NCBI GenBank assembly: GCA_039096935.1
Contig: JBBPEE010000035.1
Coordinates: 434,001-498,000, forward strand
Direction of reading: 5' to 3'
Source of the DNA: Blastocystis sp. ATCC 50177/Nand II
Lineage: Eukaryota
DNA length: 64,000 bases
The first letter of the stretch is position 1; every line of letters begins with the position of its first letter. The notes under the pieces are model-generated. The model ran no database searches and was not told where the DNA came from. It saw nothing but the letters and a program-made list of their open reading frames with translations. The position numbers were made by a program, and so were the translations under genes. Shown here piece after piece: positions 25,617-38,505 of this stretch.

Positions 25617-26628
25617 ATGTCATCGCTGGCTGCCGTACAGGCCGATGGCTACTACTATCCGCCCAACTGGGACCCCTCGAAGGGAAACAAGGACCAATTC
25701 CACCACGTACAACTTCACCCTCCTCCCTCTCATTTGGTAGCACCATCCGCTCGGGAGACGTGCCAGGAAGCTGGGCCAAGGCATCGTGATCGTCCGCTTC
25801 GAGATGCCAGTGAATGTGTGGTGCGATGGGTGCGGAGAGCACATTGCACGCGGAGTGCGGTACAACGCCGAGAAGAAGCAGTGCGGGATGTACTTCTCGT
25901 CGGAAATCTTCGAGTTCCAGATGAACTGCCACTTGTGCGGCCAGCGCTTCATCATCAAGACGGACCCTCAGAACCGTGATTACGAGTTTGTGAGCGGTCT
26001 TCATCGTAAGGTGGAGTCATTCGACACAAAGGAGACGGGAACCATGTCCTACGACACCCACGAGCAGGCGCTGATGAGGGCCGATGCGATTCGTTCCCTT
26101 GAAAACAAGGAGGAAGACAACCTGCGGTCCGAGAAGCTGGCTCCCACGCTGGATCGCTTGAAGTCGATCCAGGAGACGATCCACGCCAACGAGGACGTGC
26201 TGAATCGGCGCGTGCGTGACAAGCTCCGCACTGTGCGGAATGCCGAGAAGCGCCGCGCAGACCTGGCTGCAAAGGAGGGGCTGCAGATCAAGCTGCTGCC
26301 GACCAGCCGCAGCGACATCCGAAGCAGTCGCGCGGTGCTGTTCCAGAAGAAGTCGAAGGCGGAGGTGAACGCGAAGGTGCGCGAGATCGAAGCGAAGAGC
26401 GGAGACATCTTCGGGAAGAAGGACGCGGCGCGGGAGCGGACGCTGAAGCAGTGCATTGCCAACCACGTGGACCTGAGTCTGTTCAAGAAGGAGGAGGTGA
26501 AGAAGCCGTCCCTGCCGAAGCTCACACTCAAGGTGAAGAAGGGTGTGGAGGAGAAAGAGAAGGAGAGGGTGAAGGAGGACAAGAAAGAAACGAAGAACAC
26601 ACTGGGATTAGTTCCCTATGACGAATGA
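25617..26628 (+). CDS. CCDC130: CWC16-family splicing factor CCDC130/YJU2B
   Basis: ADGYYYPPNWDP, IVRFEMPVNVWC, GVRYNAEKK and IKTDPQNRDY. Confidence 0.92.
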
Positions 26629-26670
26629 TGTACCATACTTCTCTCTGTTGTTTGTTGAACAATCAATACA

Positions 26671-27498
26671 CTAACCAAACGCAATCCGTTTCCTCCCTCT
26701 AGCCCTTACCTTGTTGAAGGCATCGATATTCTCCTTCTTGTGGACGATCGTCGACTCGTACCCCTCCATGACCCTCGAGAACTACTCCTCATCCGCCCTC
26801 GTCTCCCTCACAAGGTCCTTCGCAGCCACGTGCGTGGAGATGAACGCTCGCTCCAACACGTACAGATCCACGCCCATATCCTCAGCACTCGAACTGACGA
26901 CGGTCAAACCGAAGTCGATCAGGACCAGGTCGCCCGTTGCTGCCTCGACGAGGAAGTTGGAGGTGGTCAAATCGCCGTGGATGAAGTTGTGGTTGTGGAG
27001 CTGCGCCACCACTTGGCCCAGCTTGAAGCAGTATGTGTTCAGTTCCTCTTCTACTCGTCAAAGGAGCGCGGACACAAAATACCAGAATAGTAATACTTCT
27101 TGTTTATGAAATCGCGGAAGGTGCAGCCCTCAATGTAGTCCATTATGATACAGTACCGGTTGACATCGACGTAGCGAATGAGTGGGGTTTTGATCCCCGC
27201 CTTCAGACAGCGGGCCATGCTTCTCGCTTCCTGCACACTCACTCCACAGAACCAATCCTACCTGCACGAGGCGCTTGTTACGGATGTTTGCATCCAGGAT
27301 GGGATGACGATACGCTTTTCGGACTCTCTCCTTCACGAGCACCGGCTTCCCCAAGAACACGCCCTTGAACAATCGCTAGGCGTTCAGCCCTCCAAAAACC
27401 CATACTCCTTCGGCGCCCTGAGCAATGAGCTCGTAGTTCGCAAAGTCAAACTGGAACGATTGGGGAACCGTCTGCTCCGAGTGCTCTTGCTCCTCCAT
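26671..27498 (-). CDS. BUD32: KEOPS complex kinase Bud32/PRPK
   Basis: IAQGAE, KAYRHPILD, IHGDLTTSN, LIDFGL, EDMGVDLYVLERA and C-terminal VRARGRKR. Confidence 0.95.
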
Positions 27499-27568
27499 GT
27501 GGAATAAGGTAATAAAAGCGAAGCAAAGATGCACGCAAAATCGGTGCTGCTTTTGGAACAAACACAAC

Positions 27569-29256
27569 ATAGAGTACATAGCTGGTAACTGTCGAGTCCG
27601 ATGAGGAGCAACTCCTTCCCACTGGCGTTCCAGTTGAGCGAACGGAGACCATCAATCCCTACGCATCACAGCACCCCTCCAGCACCACGATTGGGGAGCA
27701 GAGACCATACGAGCTCTCCCTGCTTCCAGAAATACAGAGTTTGATTGCTCGTCAGAATCGCCAGTCTGCACTCTATGGGGCTCCACTGGAAGGCCACCAC
27801 CGGTGAGACGAACACCACGTTTGTCAGCAAGCAGTCTCGCTTCACGTCCCACACCCACAGCATTGACGGCCTCGCATTCTCCTTCCACGCCTATCCCTCA
27901 CGTTCTCCTTTTTCTCCCACGATGAAACGCCCGTCATGACTGAAGGCGATTTGGTGCACTCCGATGTCCTTCACGCTGCCCCTACTCTTCACCCCTCTCA
28001 CCTCCCGTACAGTCGGTTCATCACAGCAGTGGTGGCAGCGGCGGTCGGCGCACACGTCTCCATCTCGAAGAAGAAGGCGCCAGGACACCCCATGATCGTC
28101 TTCTCGACCGCCGAGGGCGGCTCCTCCTTCTTCCTGGGGTGCTCCCTGCGCCAGCGCTCCAGCACCTCCTGCTTGGGCCTCTCCGTGCACACCAACTAGT
28201 CATCACTCCACCTACCGTGACCTGCCGTGTTCTGCGCGCCCATGCTGGAGAACACGCACAGCTCGCGCAGCAGCAGCAGGCGGTCCGAGTCCACCACCTG
28301 CAGCAGGCCCTCGCAGCCGCCCACGCAGAATAGCGGGAGTGACGATGCCACACACACCGAGCAGAAACCCAACGAAGTGTCCTTGATGGCATCGTTGGAA
28401 GTGTCCTTGATGGCATCGTTGGAGACATCCTTAGAGGCATGGGTGGTGGAGCGGGCATCGAGGGAGGAGAAGCACAGCGTGCCGTCGAGAGAGTAGAGGA
28501 AATAGTGGGGGTAAAGGGGGTGATCGCGGATGATGAGGTAGGTGTCGCGGTAGGACCAGTGGATCTGGGGGTGAGGGGTGAGGGGTTGTGTCACGGATGA
28601 AGCCTGAACGGTTGAGATGTCGAAGGAGTGAGCGCATGTCCAATTCGTCGTCAGGATCAGGCACACACTGTCCTGCTGCTTGTGGGATGCAACGGACTTC
28701 CGCTGCAAAAGAGCCAGCCACTTCCCATCCGAGGAAAAGGCGCACGCATTGTGAAGGTCGCGAATTCCAGGAAGAAGATACCTAGAGAGAACAAGGTACG
28801 AATGCCGCATACACCCTCGTGTCACGAATGGACCAAACCACTGTCTGCAGTCCCAGGTCGTTCAACGACAGAATGTGCACATTATCCATGGCCCACCGAA
28901 CGCTGAGAATCGATCCATCTTCATTTTGGAAGGCGCAGTTCCAAGACAAGTCCGCGATGGAAAAGACCTATCGAATCAGGGATCCAGCACTATCTCACCT
29001 CAATTGTGTTGTTTCTCTTCACAACACACAGCAAAAGCAGCGAGTTGGGAGACCACTCGGCATAGTCAACGCGGTCGGAGCAGAAGAGATTGAATTCAAC
29101 CATCTGCGTTGCTGTGGAAACGATATGCACCTCTTTTCCGTTGGTGAAGAGGACATGCTTTCCATCGGGAGAATACGCACAGGACTTACCAGAATACGAA
29201 TATACAGGCGAATATGTCACCGTACATTCATTTTTAGGGGTGTCTCCCAAGGGCAT
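27569..29256 (-). CDS. WRAP73: WD40 protein WRAP73/WDR8; stop probably created by polyadenylation
   Basis: YSPDGK, EWSPNSLLLLC, FSSDGKWLALLQR and LNWNASGKELLLIG; in-frame T(27569), GTTG, TGTTTGTT. Confidence 0.75.
28372..28432 (-). repeat. 24-nt coding tandem repeat (KDTSNDAI, ~2.5 copies) inside the WD40 gene
   Basis: gaagtgtccttgatggcatcgttg repeated on the + strand. Confidence 0.85.
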
Positions 29257-29381
29257 CTTTCTTCTTTTGAAAACTGATCTCTTTTGATGGAATCCATTTC
29301 AATTGTTCGTGAGATAGAGGGAAGTGTTTTCAACAAAGCAACAGTGCGGATGAAAAGAGTACACACTCAAAATGAACCATT

Positions 29382-29936
29382 CTACATGCTATTTGAACGC
29401 AATCGTGCGTAGTTTGAGGACTTGCGGCGATGGATAGTGATGATGATGGAACCAAGAATCGCACATCCGTAGAAGACGGTCTATCCCTTTACTACCGCTT
29501 CTGGAACACTACGATGCAATTGAGAAGCGGAAGGCTGTCTTCCTTCTCATCAACAGGCTTCCGACAGGCAGCGACCTAGACGTGCAATACTAATGACGAC
29601 TGTTACGTATCGAGTGGAAGATTCCTCCCTGTCGTCTTCATCATCTCTAAAACGAATCACTACCCAACAGATTGCTTACTTTTCTGTGCACAAATACTCT
29701 GCAACATACCCCGTTGCTTGGCACTCCGCGATGGTCTACTCACATGAGGATAACAAATCGGGCTTTCGTACCGTATTGACCGCATTGCACGGGTGACAGG
29801 GCACCGTTACTTCACATTTCTGACCCACATGCCAAGCATTACCGGCACTCTTGAATTGAGCCCATTCTTCCGCGTGCGAGAACTGGGCCAGAAGGAATAA
29901 CACGACTGTGAATAGAAAAGTCCTGTTGGAAACCAT
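29382..29936 (-). CDS. JTB: JTB (jumping translocation breakpoint)-like small membrane protein
   Basis: Signal peptide; PCHPCN...AECQATGYVAEYLC resembles the JTB motif ECSPCS...ECGPTGYVEKITC; C-terminal TM; four short introns. Confidence 0.7.
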
Positions 29937-30139
29937 TTTGTTGATGGGGACGGATGCCTTTTATTTGAGTCATGATTGCCGTATGGGATGAAATGCATAT
30001 GAATCAGGAGATTCTGACCTAGTCGAGTTACGACATGGATGGTACTCTTCATGACATCCATAATCGATTAGATGACTGAGAGTGTCCCATCGACTTCATT
30101 GTAATCCGAAGAGGCTTTTCACAATTGCCATTTGTTGTT

Positions 30140-30900
30140 TATGCGCTTATGGCAAACAACTTTTTGGAAACGGAGAGCGAAGCCCCTCCAATAGAGTCGT
30201 ATGCGAGCGCGTTTCAGAGAAGGTGCTTCCTCGATTGTGGACTGAGCAATAGAAGGAATGCAGCTGCAAGTGTGAAGGTCCACGTCGTGGATTCAAATAC
30301 ATTTCTCGAGATTGATGAGATGCTTATCAATTTGGAGGACTTCCGAAAGTACTTGCGCCACACCGTGTCCAACGCGAAGATCTCCTATTTGATTACCATT
30401 GTACATGCTGTTGTGGGAGTTTAGAGTAGGCTGTGGCGATAATCCAGTTGGGTTGCTCCATTATCACCTATTCTGCTTTTGTCATCATCTTGGCAGCTCT
30501 GTCTGTTGTTTCTAGTGTCGTTTTATACATTTCACTGTTCATCACTTCCTCCCTCTACAACTACATTGTATTCCTATGGTTTGCTTCTCATCCTTAGGCT
30601 GGTACTGGACTCGTTTTAGGCATTGTTTCTTCTTCGGTCCTCGTGTATCATCTCCTCTTCTTCTCGGGCTCCTCCTTTTCTCAAGCAATCATTGTTCTTG
30701 CCTCTTCCCTAGTGTACTTTTTCATGCTTGTCGATGTGGTGGTGATGAATGAAGCGTAGTTTTCACTGACATTCTATGCTCAGCGTATCCAGACTGTTTT
30801 GCAAATCGTTCCACGTGATTGTTACTTCCGTTGTTCGTTATGATTTGTAGTGCATCACCGTTTGAGGTATTCGCTTCTTTGTTGTCAAAACCACTATTTG
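30140..30900 (+). CDS. Hypothetical multi-pass membrane protein (ends uncertain)
   Basis: Hydrophobic exons (AVAIIQLGCSIITYSAFVIILAAL...) linked by ~30-nt GT-AG introns. Confidence 0.45.
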
Positions 30901-31052
30901 CAAATCCACTTTCACAGCATTGCACATTGTAATTCACCATACATCTGCCACATTTCCGTGATGAAGATTAGAGGGTATATGATTAGGGACATGCCCGATT
31001 GTGCCTCTAAGTCTTTTCATTCTCTTTCTCTCCAATCCGGGAATTCTATAGA

Positions 31053-34000
31053 ATGGTAGTAATTTCAAATGACTGTTATGAGTAGTTCGCAAACAATGGC
31101 GGAATGAGTTCGGGATTTGGTGGACAGGGTGGAATGAACAATCAAGTAAGTGTCTATTGCTGCTGCTATTCTGTTTTGATGCTAAGGATTGTGTGCTAAT
31201 CGATTTTTAGAGTATGTTTGGGAACGGCGCGAACGGAATGAACTCCGGGTTTGGTTCCAATATGAACAATGGCGGAAACAACTTCGGTGGCAACCAAGCG
31301 AATGGCAGATTTGGAAATAACAACGGCGGTGGCTTTGGAGCGAATAACAACATGGGCGGAAACAACGGGTTCGGTAATAACAATGGGTTTGGAGCGAACA
31401 ACAACAACGGAAACTTCGGTTTTGGAGGCAATCAGAACAAGGGCGGATTTGGCTTAGGAGGAAATAACAATAGTGGAGGTTTCGGTAACAGCGGCTTCGG
31501 AGGAAACAATAATGGTGGTGGTTTCGGTAATAACAGCGGATTTGGAGCGAATAACCAGAACAAGGGTGGATTTGGTTTTGGCAACAACAACAATGGTGGA
31601 GGCTTCGGAGGAAACAATGGAGGATTTGGAGGAAACAACAATGGTGGATTTGGGAATAATAACGGTGGATTTGGTACGAACAATGGAGGTGGTTTTGGAA
31701 ACAACAACGGTGGCTTCGGTGCGAACAATCAGAACAAGGGTGGATTTGGTTTTGGTGGTAACAACAATAATGGCGGTGGTTTTGGGAATACGGGTTTCGG
31801 CGCAAACAGCAATCAGAACAAGGGTGGCTTCGGTTTTGGGAACAACAACGGTGGGGGTTTCGGTGCGAACAACAACAATGGCGGATTTGGTGGGAATAAT
31901 AACGGATTTGGTGGGAACAATGGCGGTTTCGGCAACAATGGTGGAGGCTTCGGCGCCAACAACCAGAACAAGGGTGGTTTCGGATTTGGAGGCAACAACA
32001 ACGGCGGATTTGGAGCGAATAATGGAGGCGGTTTCGGGAACAACAATGGAGGTGGTTTCGGTAACAGTGGGTTCAGTGCGAACAATAATCAGAACAAGGG
32101 TGGTTTCGGTTTCGGCGCAAACAACAATAATGGTGGTGGTTTTGGGAATACGGGTTTCGGTGCAAACAGCAATCAGAACAAGGGTGGCTTTGGTTTCGGC
32201 GCGAATAACAACACCGGCTTTGGTGCGAACAATAACAATGGTGGATTTGGTGGAAACAATGGTGGTTTTGGGAACAACAATAATGGTGGTTTTGGTGCAA
32301 ATAATCAGAACAAGGGTGGTTTTGGTTTCGGTGCGAACAACAATAATGGTGGTGGTTTTGGGAACACCGGCTTTGGAGCCAACAACAGCAACCAGAACAA
32401 GGGTGGCTTTGGCTTTGGTGCCAATAGCAACACCGGCTTCGGTGCGAACAGCAACAGTGGTGGCGGTTTTGGGAACACGGGCTTCGGCGCGAACAACCAG
32501 AACAAAACCGGTTTCGGCTTTGGGAACAACAGCACGGGCTTCGGCGCCAACAACAGCACGGGCTTCGGCACGAACACGGGCGGATTTGGAGCGAACAACA
32601 ACAACAGTGGTTTTGGTGCAAATAATCAGAACAAGGGTGGATTTGGTTTTGGTGCGAACAACAACAATGGCGGTGGTTTTGGGAACACCGGATTCGGCGC
32701 AAATAACCAGAACAAGGGTGGTTTCGGTTTTGGGAACAACAGTGGTGGAGGCTTCGGTGCCAACAACAACAACCAAAACAAGCCCGCGTTCGGCTTCGGC
32801 GCCAACAACAACGGAGGCGGCTTCGGCACGGGCACTGGCTTCGGCAACACGGGCTTCGGTGCGAACAACCAGAACAAGACCGGCTTTGGCTTCGGCGCCA
32901 ACAACCAGCCAAACGCCGCGGCCCCAGGCACCGGCGCGGCTCTGGGCGCGGCGCCAACCCCCGCCCCGGCGAACCTGGCGGCGATCAAGGCGGAGGTGCT
33001 GGCGAAGCCGTACAACGCGATCGAGGAGCTGACGAGCCACATCCTGACGCTGGACGCGCGCCTGAGTCAGGAGGGTAAGGCCGTGGGCGTGCCGGCCAAC
33101 GTGGCGCAGACCACTGCCGTGTCCGCCTCCACCGTGCAGGCGTACGCGACGCCCGCAGCGCCGAAGACGGGGAAGGCGACGGCGGCGCTGTACGCGGCGC
33201 GCAAGAACCTGCTGGAGAAGGAGAAGGCGCTGGAGAAGGAGGAGGCGCTGGAGAAGGAGGGCGTGGTGGTGAGCGCGCCCGCGCCCGACGGCGACCGCAT
33301 AACGCTGCTGATGAAGTGGGAGACGCAGGTGCGGCCGGTGCGGCTGGAACGCCGCCAGACAGTGGCGGACCTGGAGGCGGCGGCGCGGCGCGAGGTGGGT
33401 GCGTGAGTGGGGTATGAGGCGTAGTTCCCGGCACTGGCGGCGTTCTACCTGTGCTGCAACAACGTGGTGCTGGTGGAGAAGGCGGAGGCTCTGGAGGGCC
33501 TGCCGCCCAACTCTCTCGTCGAAGTCATTCCCACCGCCCCGCTCAAGCCCGCGTCTGATGTGTCTGATGTGTCTGATGTCTCGGGTGTGTCTGCCACGAC
33601 CACTACGGCAGCTACGGCAGCTACGGCAGGAACAACGGCTACGGCAGGAACGGAAGAGGAGGCGGCTACGGCAGGCACAGTGGAGGAGGCGACGGAGGCA
33701 CCTGCACGGCGGAATCTGGCGGCGCCGACACTCACGAAGCCGGGATACGAGATCACGCCCTCACTGGCGACTCTGAATGCAATGGACGAGGAGGCGTTGA
33801 GTCACGTGGACAAGGTGTCGATCTGCGTGGAGGGCGTGGGCAAGGTGGAGTGGGAGGAGCCGGTGGATCTGCGCGGACTGGACTTGGACGCGTTGGTGAG
33901 CATCGAGAAGGTGAACGGCTGCGCGCAGATCGAGATCTCGCAGCCGGAGGGAGAAGAGGACGTGGTGGAGATGGAGCCGGGAGAGGGCATCAACCACAAG

Positions 34001-34156
34001 GCGAAGCTGACGTTCTACGACGTGTTCCCGAAGGAAACAGAAGATGCGAAGAAGTTCGTGGAATTCGTGAAGAGGAAGACGGAGAGCATCGGTGGAGAGT
34101 TTGTGAGCTATGACGTGACGACGGGAATCTGGGTTTTGCGTGTTGAGCACTTCTAG
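31053..34156 (+). CDS. NUP98: FG-repeat nucleoporin Nup98 (no Nup96 moiety)
   Basis: ~550 aa of Asn-rich GFG repeats; C-terminal autoproteolytic domain PTLTKPGYEITPS...GKVEWEEPVDL...FVSYD..TGIWVLRVEHF*; introns at 31056-31085, 31146-31210 and 33395-33424. Confidence 0.9.
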
Positions 34157-34187
34157 TGTTGTTTCTTTCAGAAATGAATAGAGAGGG

Positions 34188-34717
34188 ATGAAGTTGACCC
34201 TCAAAGCACGATTCCCATCCTTTGAATCAGCATGGCATTACTCTAGTGTTGACATCCGTGAGGATCGGACCGTTCGTGACGTGGGACTCTTTTCTGTCTC
34301 TTGATGATAGCTTTTCACTCTCAGTCGTGCTGAAAATGGACTATCGCAGCAATCTCCGATTACGCTTTCTGTGAATGGCACGATGCTTCAACAGGACGAT
34401 AGCCGCTGTCTTTTAGATGCACGTGAGTGGCTATGTGCAGCTGCAAACTGTAGATATTATAGCTTTCGACGTTATCGAAATGGAGGTTCTCACAACGAAG
34501 GACTTTCCACGGGCCTTGAAAGAGGCACCACATACAAAGAATGGTGACGGAAAGGCGGCACAGCACAAAAGAAGGTGCATTTACCAGTTGGTGAAGGAGC
34601 TGGAACTTTTACAGTTCTTCCAACTGTCCGGTTTAGGGAAGTCGAAGGGTTCATCCAAACGCGTTTCTCCTTCTCCCTAATGTAGTCTACTGTATCCTAC
34701 TCTTCTGTTTCGCATAA
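34188..34717 (+). CDS. Small protein with N-terminal ubiquitin-like domain (3' end uncertain)
   Basis: MKLTLKARF...VDIREDRTVRDL...ITLSVNGTML...IIAFDVIEM after two ~30-nt introns. Confidence 0.5.
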
Positions 34718-34730
34718 ACACACTTCTATT

Positions 34731-36314
34731 CTACACAGCCTTGGTAATCCTGCCAAAGAGAGCATCCATCATCTCGTAATCCTTGTAGGTCACATCGGGT
34801 AATCCCGCAAGGAGTGCTTCGTATGTGCTACGGAATGTAGACAGTAAGCGGCCCTCTTCAGAGGGGTTGATTCCACTCTCAGCCTCATGGACACCTCCTT
34901 CCCTCTTCTGCGTTTCAACATCACTCACTTCTTTCAAACGATGCAACAGAGCCAGAGAGCACACGGCATCAACACCGGCCGAGAGCATTGAATCTTCCAC
35001 GTGGAAGAACGCATCCGGGTTCCTTTCCTCCTCATCCATATTTGCATTATCACAATAATCCGAATACGCCGTAAAGAAGGCCTCCACAGATGATGCGACA
35101 GATGTCCCCTGGAGGGCAGCCAACGAGGCAAAAGACACGGGCTGCAACTCTAGCAGATGATCCTTCGCTACTGCTAGCGTAGCAGCCCACGTTTCGGCGA
35201 CTTGGGTATCGGAGAGCAAATGCGAGGAATTGAGTGGCTCTGCGAGGAGGCGAGTTCTAGACGTGACAGACGGAGAGGAGACGAACTTGAGGAGGAGTCG
35301 GAATAGGCCGTTGAGAGTGGAGAAGGAGAGGAGCGGAAGAGGCGTGAGAAGAAGCCGCGTGTGGGAAAGAGAGAGGCGGAAGGGAGACAGATCTTCTGTG
35401 CTTTCTAAAGGGGATGTGGAAGCTGAAGCCATACTGAGGGTCACTTCTTGGGAAGTGGAGGTGTCAGTGACGGATGCCATCTGCATCACATCACAGTACA
35501 GTACCACCGTGGGCGTCGAATCCCTTTCATCGAGAGCGCGAAGGACAGAGAGCATTGCCATTGCGGGTGAAGGGCACAGCGAAGAGTGGGCAGAATTGTG
35601 AGAGAAGAAGGAATCATGCGAAAAGGACGTGCTCACGATCGGTGGAACAGGCGAAGAGCCGTCCCTTGCAACCACCACCCAGATTTGGTTCGGGAGAGAT
35701 GAATTGGCAACGGTGTTGGGAAGGCAGGAAAAGCAAAAAGGAAACGAGTACACACAAAGCACGGATGATGGGTCGTACATGGATAAGAGAGGGGAAAGAC
35801 AATCCCTGTCATTCGGAGGAAGGGAGAAGATACTCTTGGAAGACTCCATCGCTTGGTGTGTATTCTCACACACATAATCGAGCCACATCATATCGTGGGC
35901 CGGAATGACCCGCGCGTCTATCCTACACAGAACTAGGCATCATTCATGGAAACAATTCGTACAAGAGATGAAATCCTTCAGCTCCGCTTTCGTTAGGGAA
36001 TACCCATAGCGCAGGCAAATGTCCTTGACCACATTCAGTGCATACACGATATCACTCTGCGCAGCGACTGCATTGCTTTCGCCACGTAACTTTCCGTTTT
36101 CTCGCCAGTAGGCTATCGTATCCGCAACCCCGCGGGTACTGAGCTTCATTCCAAACTGGCTGCTGAACATGGCTGCGATTGAGGCGAACGACATGTGCGT
36201 TTCGGCCCGCTCCCTTATGATGGCCATCTTCTGTTCCCTGGAGAGTTTGTTGTATTTGATAGCAGGCGCGCGTTTCTTCCCCTCCCTGGATGACTCATGA
36301 TCCGTGCTATTCAT
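34731..36314 (-). CDS. CENP-B/pogo-like protein (HTH plus degenerate DDE_1), probable domesticated transposase
   Basis: KLSREQKMAII HTH start; 30-nt intron 35933-35962 joins ORFs 35940..36314 and 34731..35891 in frame; degenerate DDE_1 blocks in the expected order. Confidence 0.55.
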
Positions 36315-36346
36315 TAAATACGGGAAGAAAACCGATTCGTCTAAAA

Positions 36347-37563
36347 ATGACTGGAGAATCGCATGGGCAAAAGAGTGAGCGTGCTTAGATTTATGTATGA
36401 AACGAGGGTTTATCTATTTGGCAGTGGTCCTCTCGCTGGTAACACACGCGTGCAAGGGTACGCTCTCCACAGTAGGCTCTTGTCTTCATCCTTAACTCTA
36501 GCTTTCGAAGGAAGAAGACGGCAGGTACTCCTACTCAACGGAGCTGTGCTCCCTTACAACCGAGGTATCCTCCGACACTGTCTGTCAATGGTAGATGGCG
36601 AAGCTCCTCTACTCCTTTCTCTCTCTGAAATGGAAGGAGCGGAGAGACAGGAAGCCCAGGGAATCGTTCACTCTGAGGGAGATTCTCTTCATGAGTCTGC
36701 CTGCCCTACTCAATGAAATGGTGGATCGCATCTTCTTCTACCTCCATTATGCATTGAACGATGAATTGGTGATCCAGGCATTCGAGTCCCTCGAGATTGT
36801 GATTATCGGCGTTGCATCCTTCTTCCTGCTGGGAAAGCGGTATCCACTGCATTGTGTCCTTACACCTAGCTACTCTGCGACGCATTGGTGCTCTCTCGTT
36901 CTCGTCTGCACTGCCGTCATGTCGATGGAAATCGGGTCTGCGAGCAGCGGGAGCTTCAATCGGCTCCCCCTCCTTCCTTCCCTCATTGCAGTGGTTGGCT
37001 CTGGACTGGAAGGCATCTCCGGAGTGCTGACGGAGAAGATACTGAAGAGGCACGAGCAGATGGACATTTCGCTGCAGAACATATGGATTTACTTGTGATG
37101 GATGCTGTGCCTGTAAATGAATAGCTGGGGAGCTTTACTGTACATGGTGATTATGCTCTGTTCTGGTTTTTCACGCTTTGTCCAGAATGTCACATTCACC
37201 CATTTCAACCGCTACGCCTTCCTGTTTATCTTGTCGTACCCTTTCAGTCATTTCTTTACTCTAGTGAATCCATTCGCGGGCTCTCGTCTTCCTTTCTGTT
37301 CAAGTATGCGGATTCTGTTGTGGAGTCCTTCACCTCTTGCACAGCGTTGATTCTCGCGTCGTTCATTGTGTCCCTGATTCTTCAAAAGGAAATTGGATAT
37401 CCTGTCATCACTGGCAAAACGCCTCCTTTACTACACGTATGCATTCTACCTGGCCGTTACAAATCTGTGTATTGCCACATTCCTGTATAACGCCGCTCCT
37501 GCCATTCCCCTCACTGTGAAGGCGAAGAGTGTTTCTGTTCCCTATTCTATAGAATTTGAATAG
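36347..37563 (+). CDS. SLC35A-type nucleotide-sugar transporter
   Basis: TEMAKLL, SLPALL, LLGKRYS..HW and GISGVLTEKILK...QNIWIY; multi-TM. Confidence 0.8.
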
Positions 37564-37601
37564 AATGCTGTTTGATAACAAACTATTCCATGTTGACAGC
37601 A

Positions 37602-38396
37602 CTAATTCCCCTGTTGAGTAGTTACAGTATACTGTAACTCTCTGACCACAGAGGGAGAATAAGATGAATAATACAGAGGAAGAATGGGCGCGGCTGGCAA
37701 CACGGGGGGTGAAGCGTTGCCGATTGTGGGCAGAAGCCATGCGTTTGGAATGACGGTCACGGAACCAGGAAAGAAGGATTGTTTCTGACCCGGGTTCATC
37801 TCGGGGGACATGGACCCCGGAGTCTTTTCCATTTCACTGGCGGCCAGGGCACACAGAAGATCCAGAGAGCGTGTGCTCTTCGGCTTTCTCTTGACGACTG
37901 GAGGAGGGAGGGTTTTGCCTCCTTTCACAGACGATGCCTTCTTCCCCGCCTTCTCCTTGCCGTGCAACGATCCTCTATCCCGTCATCGCATCAGAATAGC
38001 ATTACGCATGAATCAGACTCTTCGGATTATCTCGAAGCTTCGACTTTTCGCAGGAGTTGCACACGAGTCTGCGCTTATATCTGCAGATCATTCCCAACGT
38101 CAATACACACCGATGACGAGTGCACGGCTCTCCGGGCTTGTGGTCACATCTCTCATACCCGGGACATTGACAGTGGTTGCATTTCACCTCCTTGCACCAC
38201 CTGCACGGGTTTGGCTTGGGTCCGGGCTTGCTGGGGAGCAGATAATCCTCCCCTTCCGTTGTAGCGTGGCGTTCGGACGTATTGGGGATGGATTCATTCT
38301 CTTTCTATCAAGGCGTGAGTAATCCCCTTCGGGCACCAAAGGCGTGCGTATTCGCAGCCGAGCAACACGGTCCTTCGAACCTACACTCTGACTCAT
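37602..38396 (-). CDS. Hypothetical Cys/His-rich putative zinc-binding protein
   Basis: CQCPGYERCDHKPGEPCTRHRYKRRLVCNSC; LDLLCALA motif. Confidence 0.5.
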
Positions 38397-38505
38397 GCCA
38401 GATGGAAGGAAAACAGTGTTTTCTTGACACACAATCCAGAACACAAATAGAATCTGGAAACACAATCATTTCATCAAGGAAACATGCAACAGAAGCACGA
38501 ACGCT

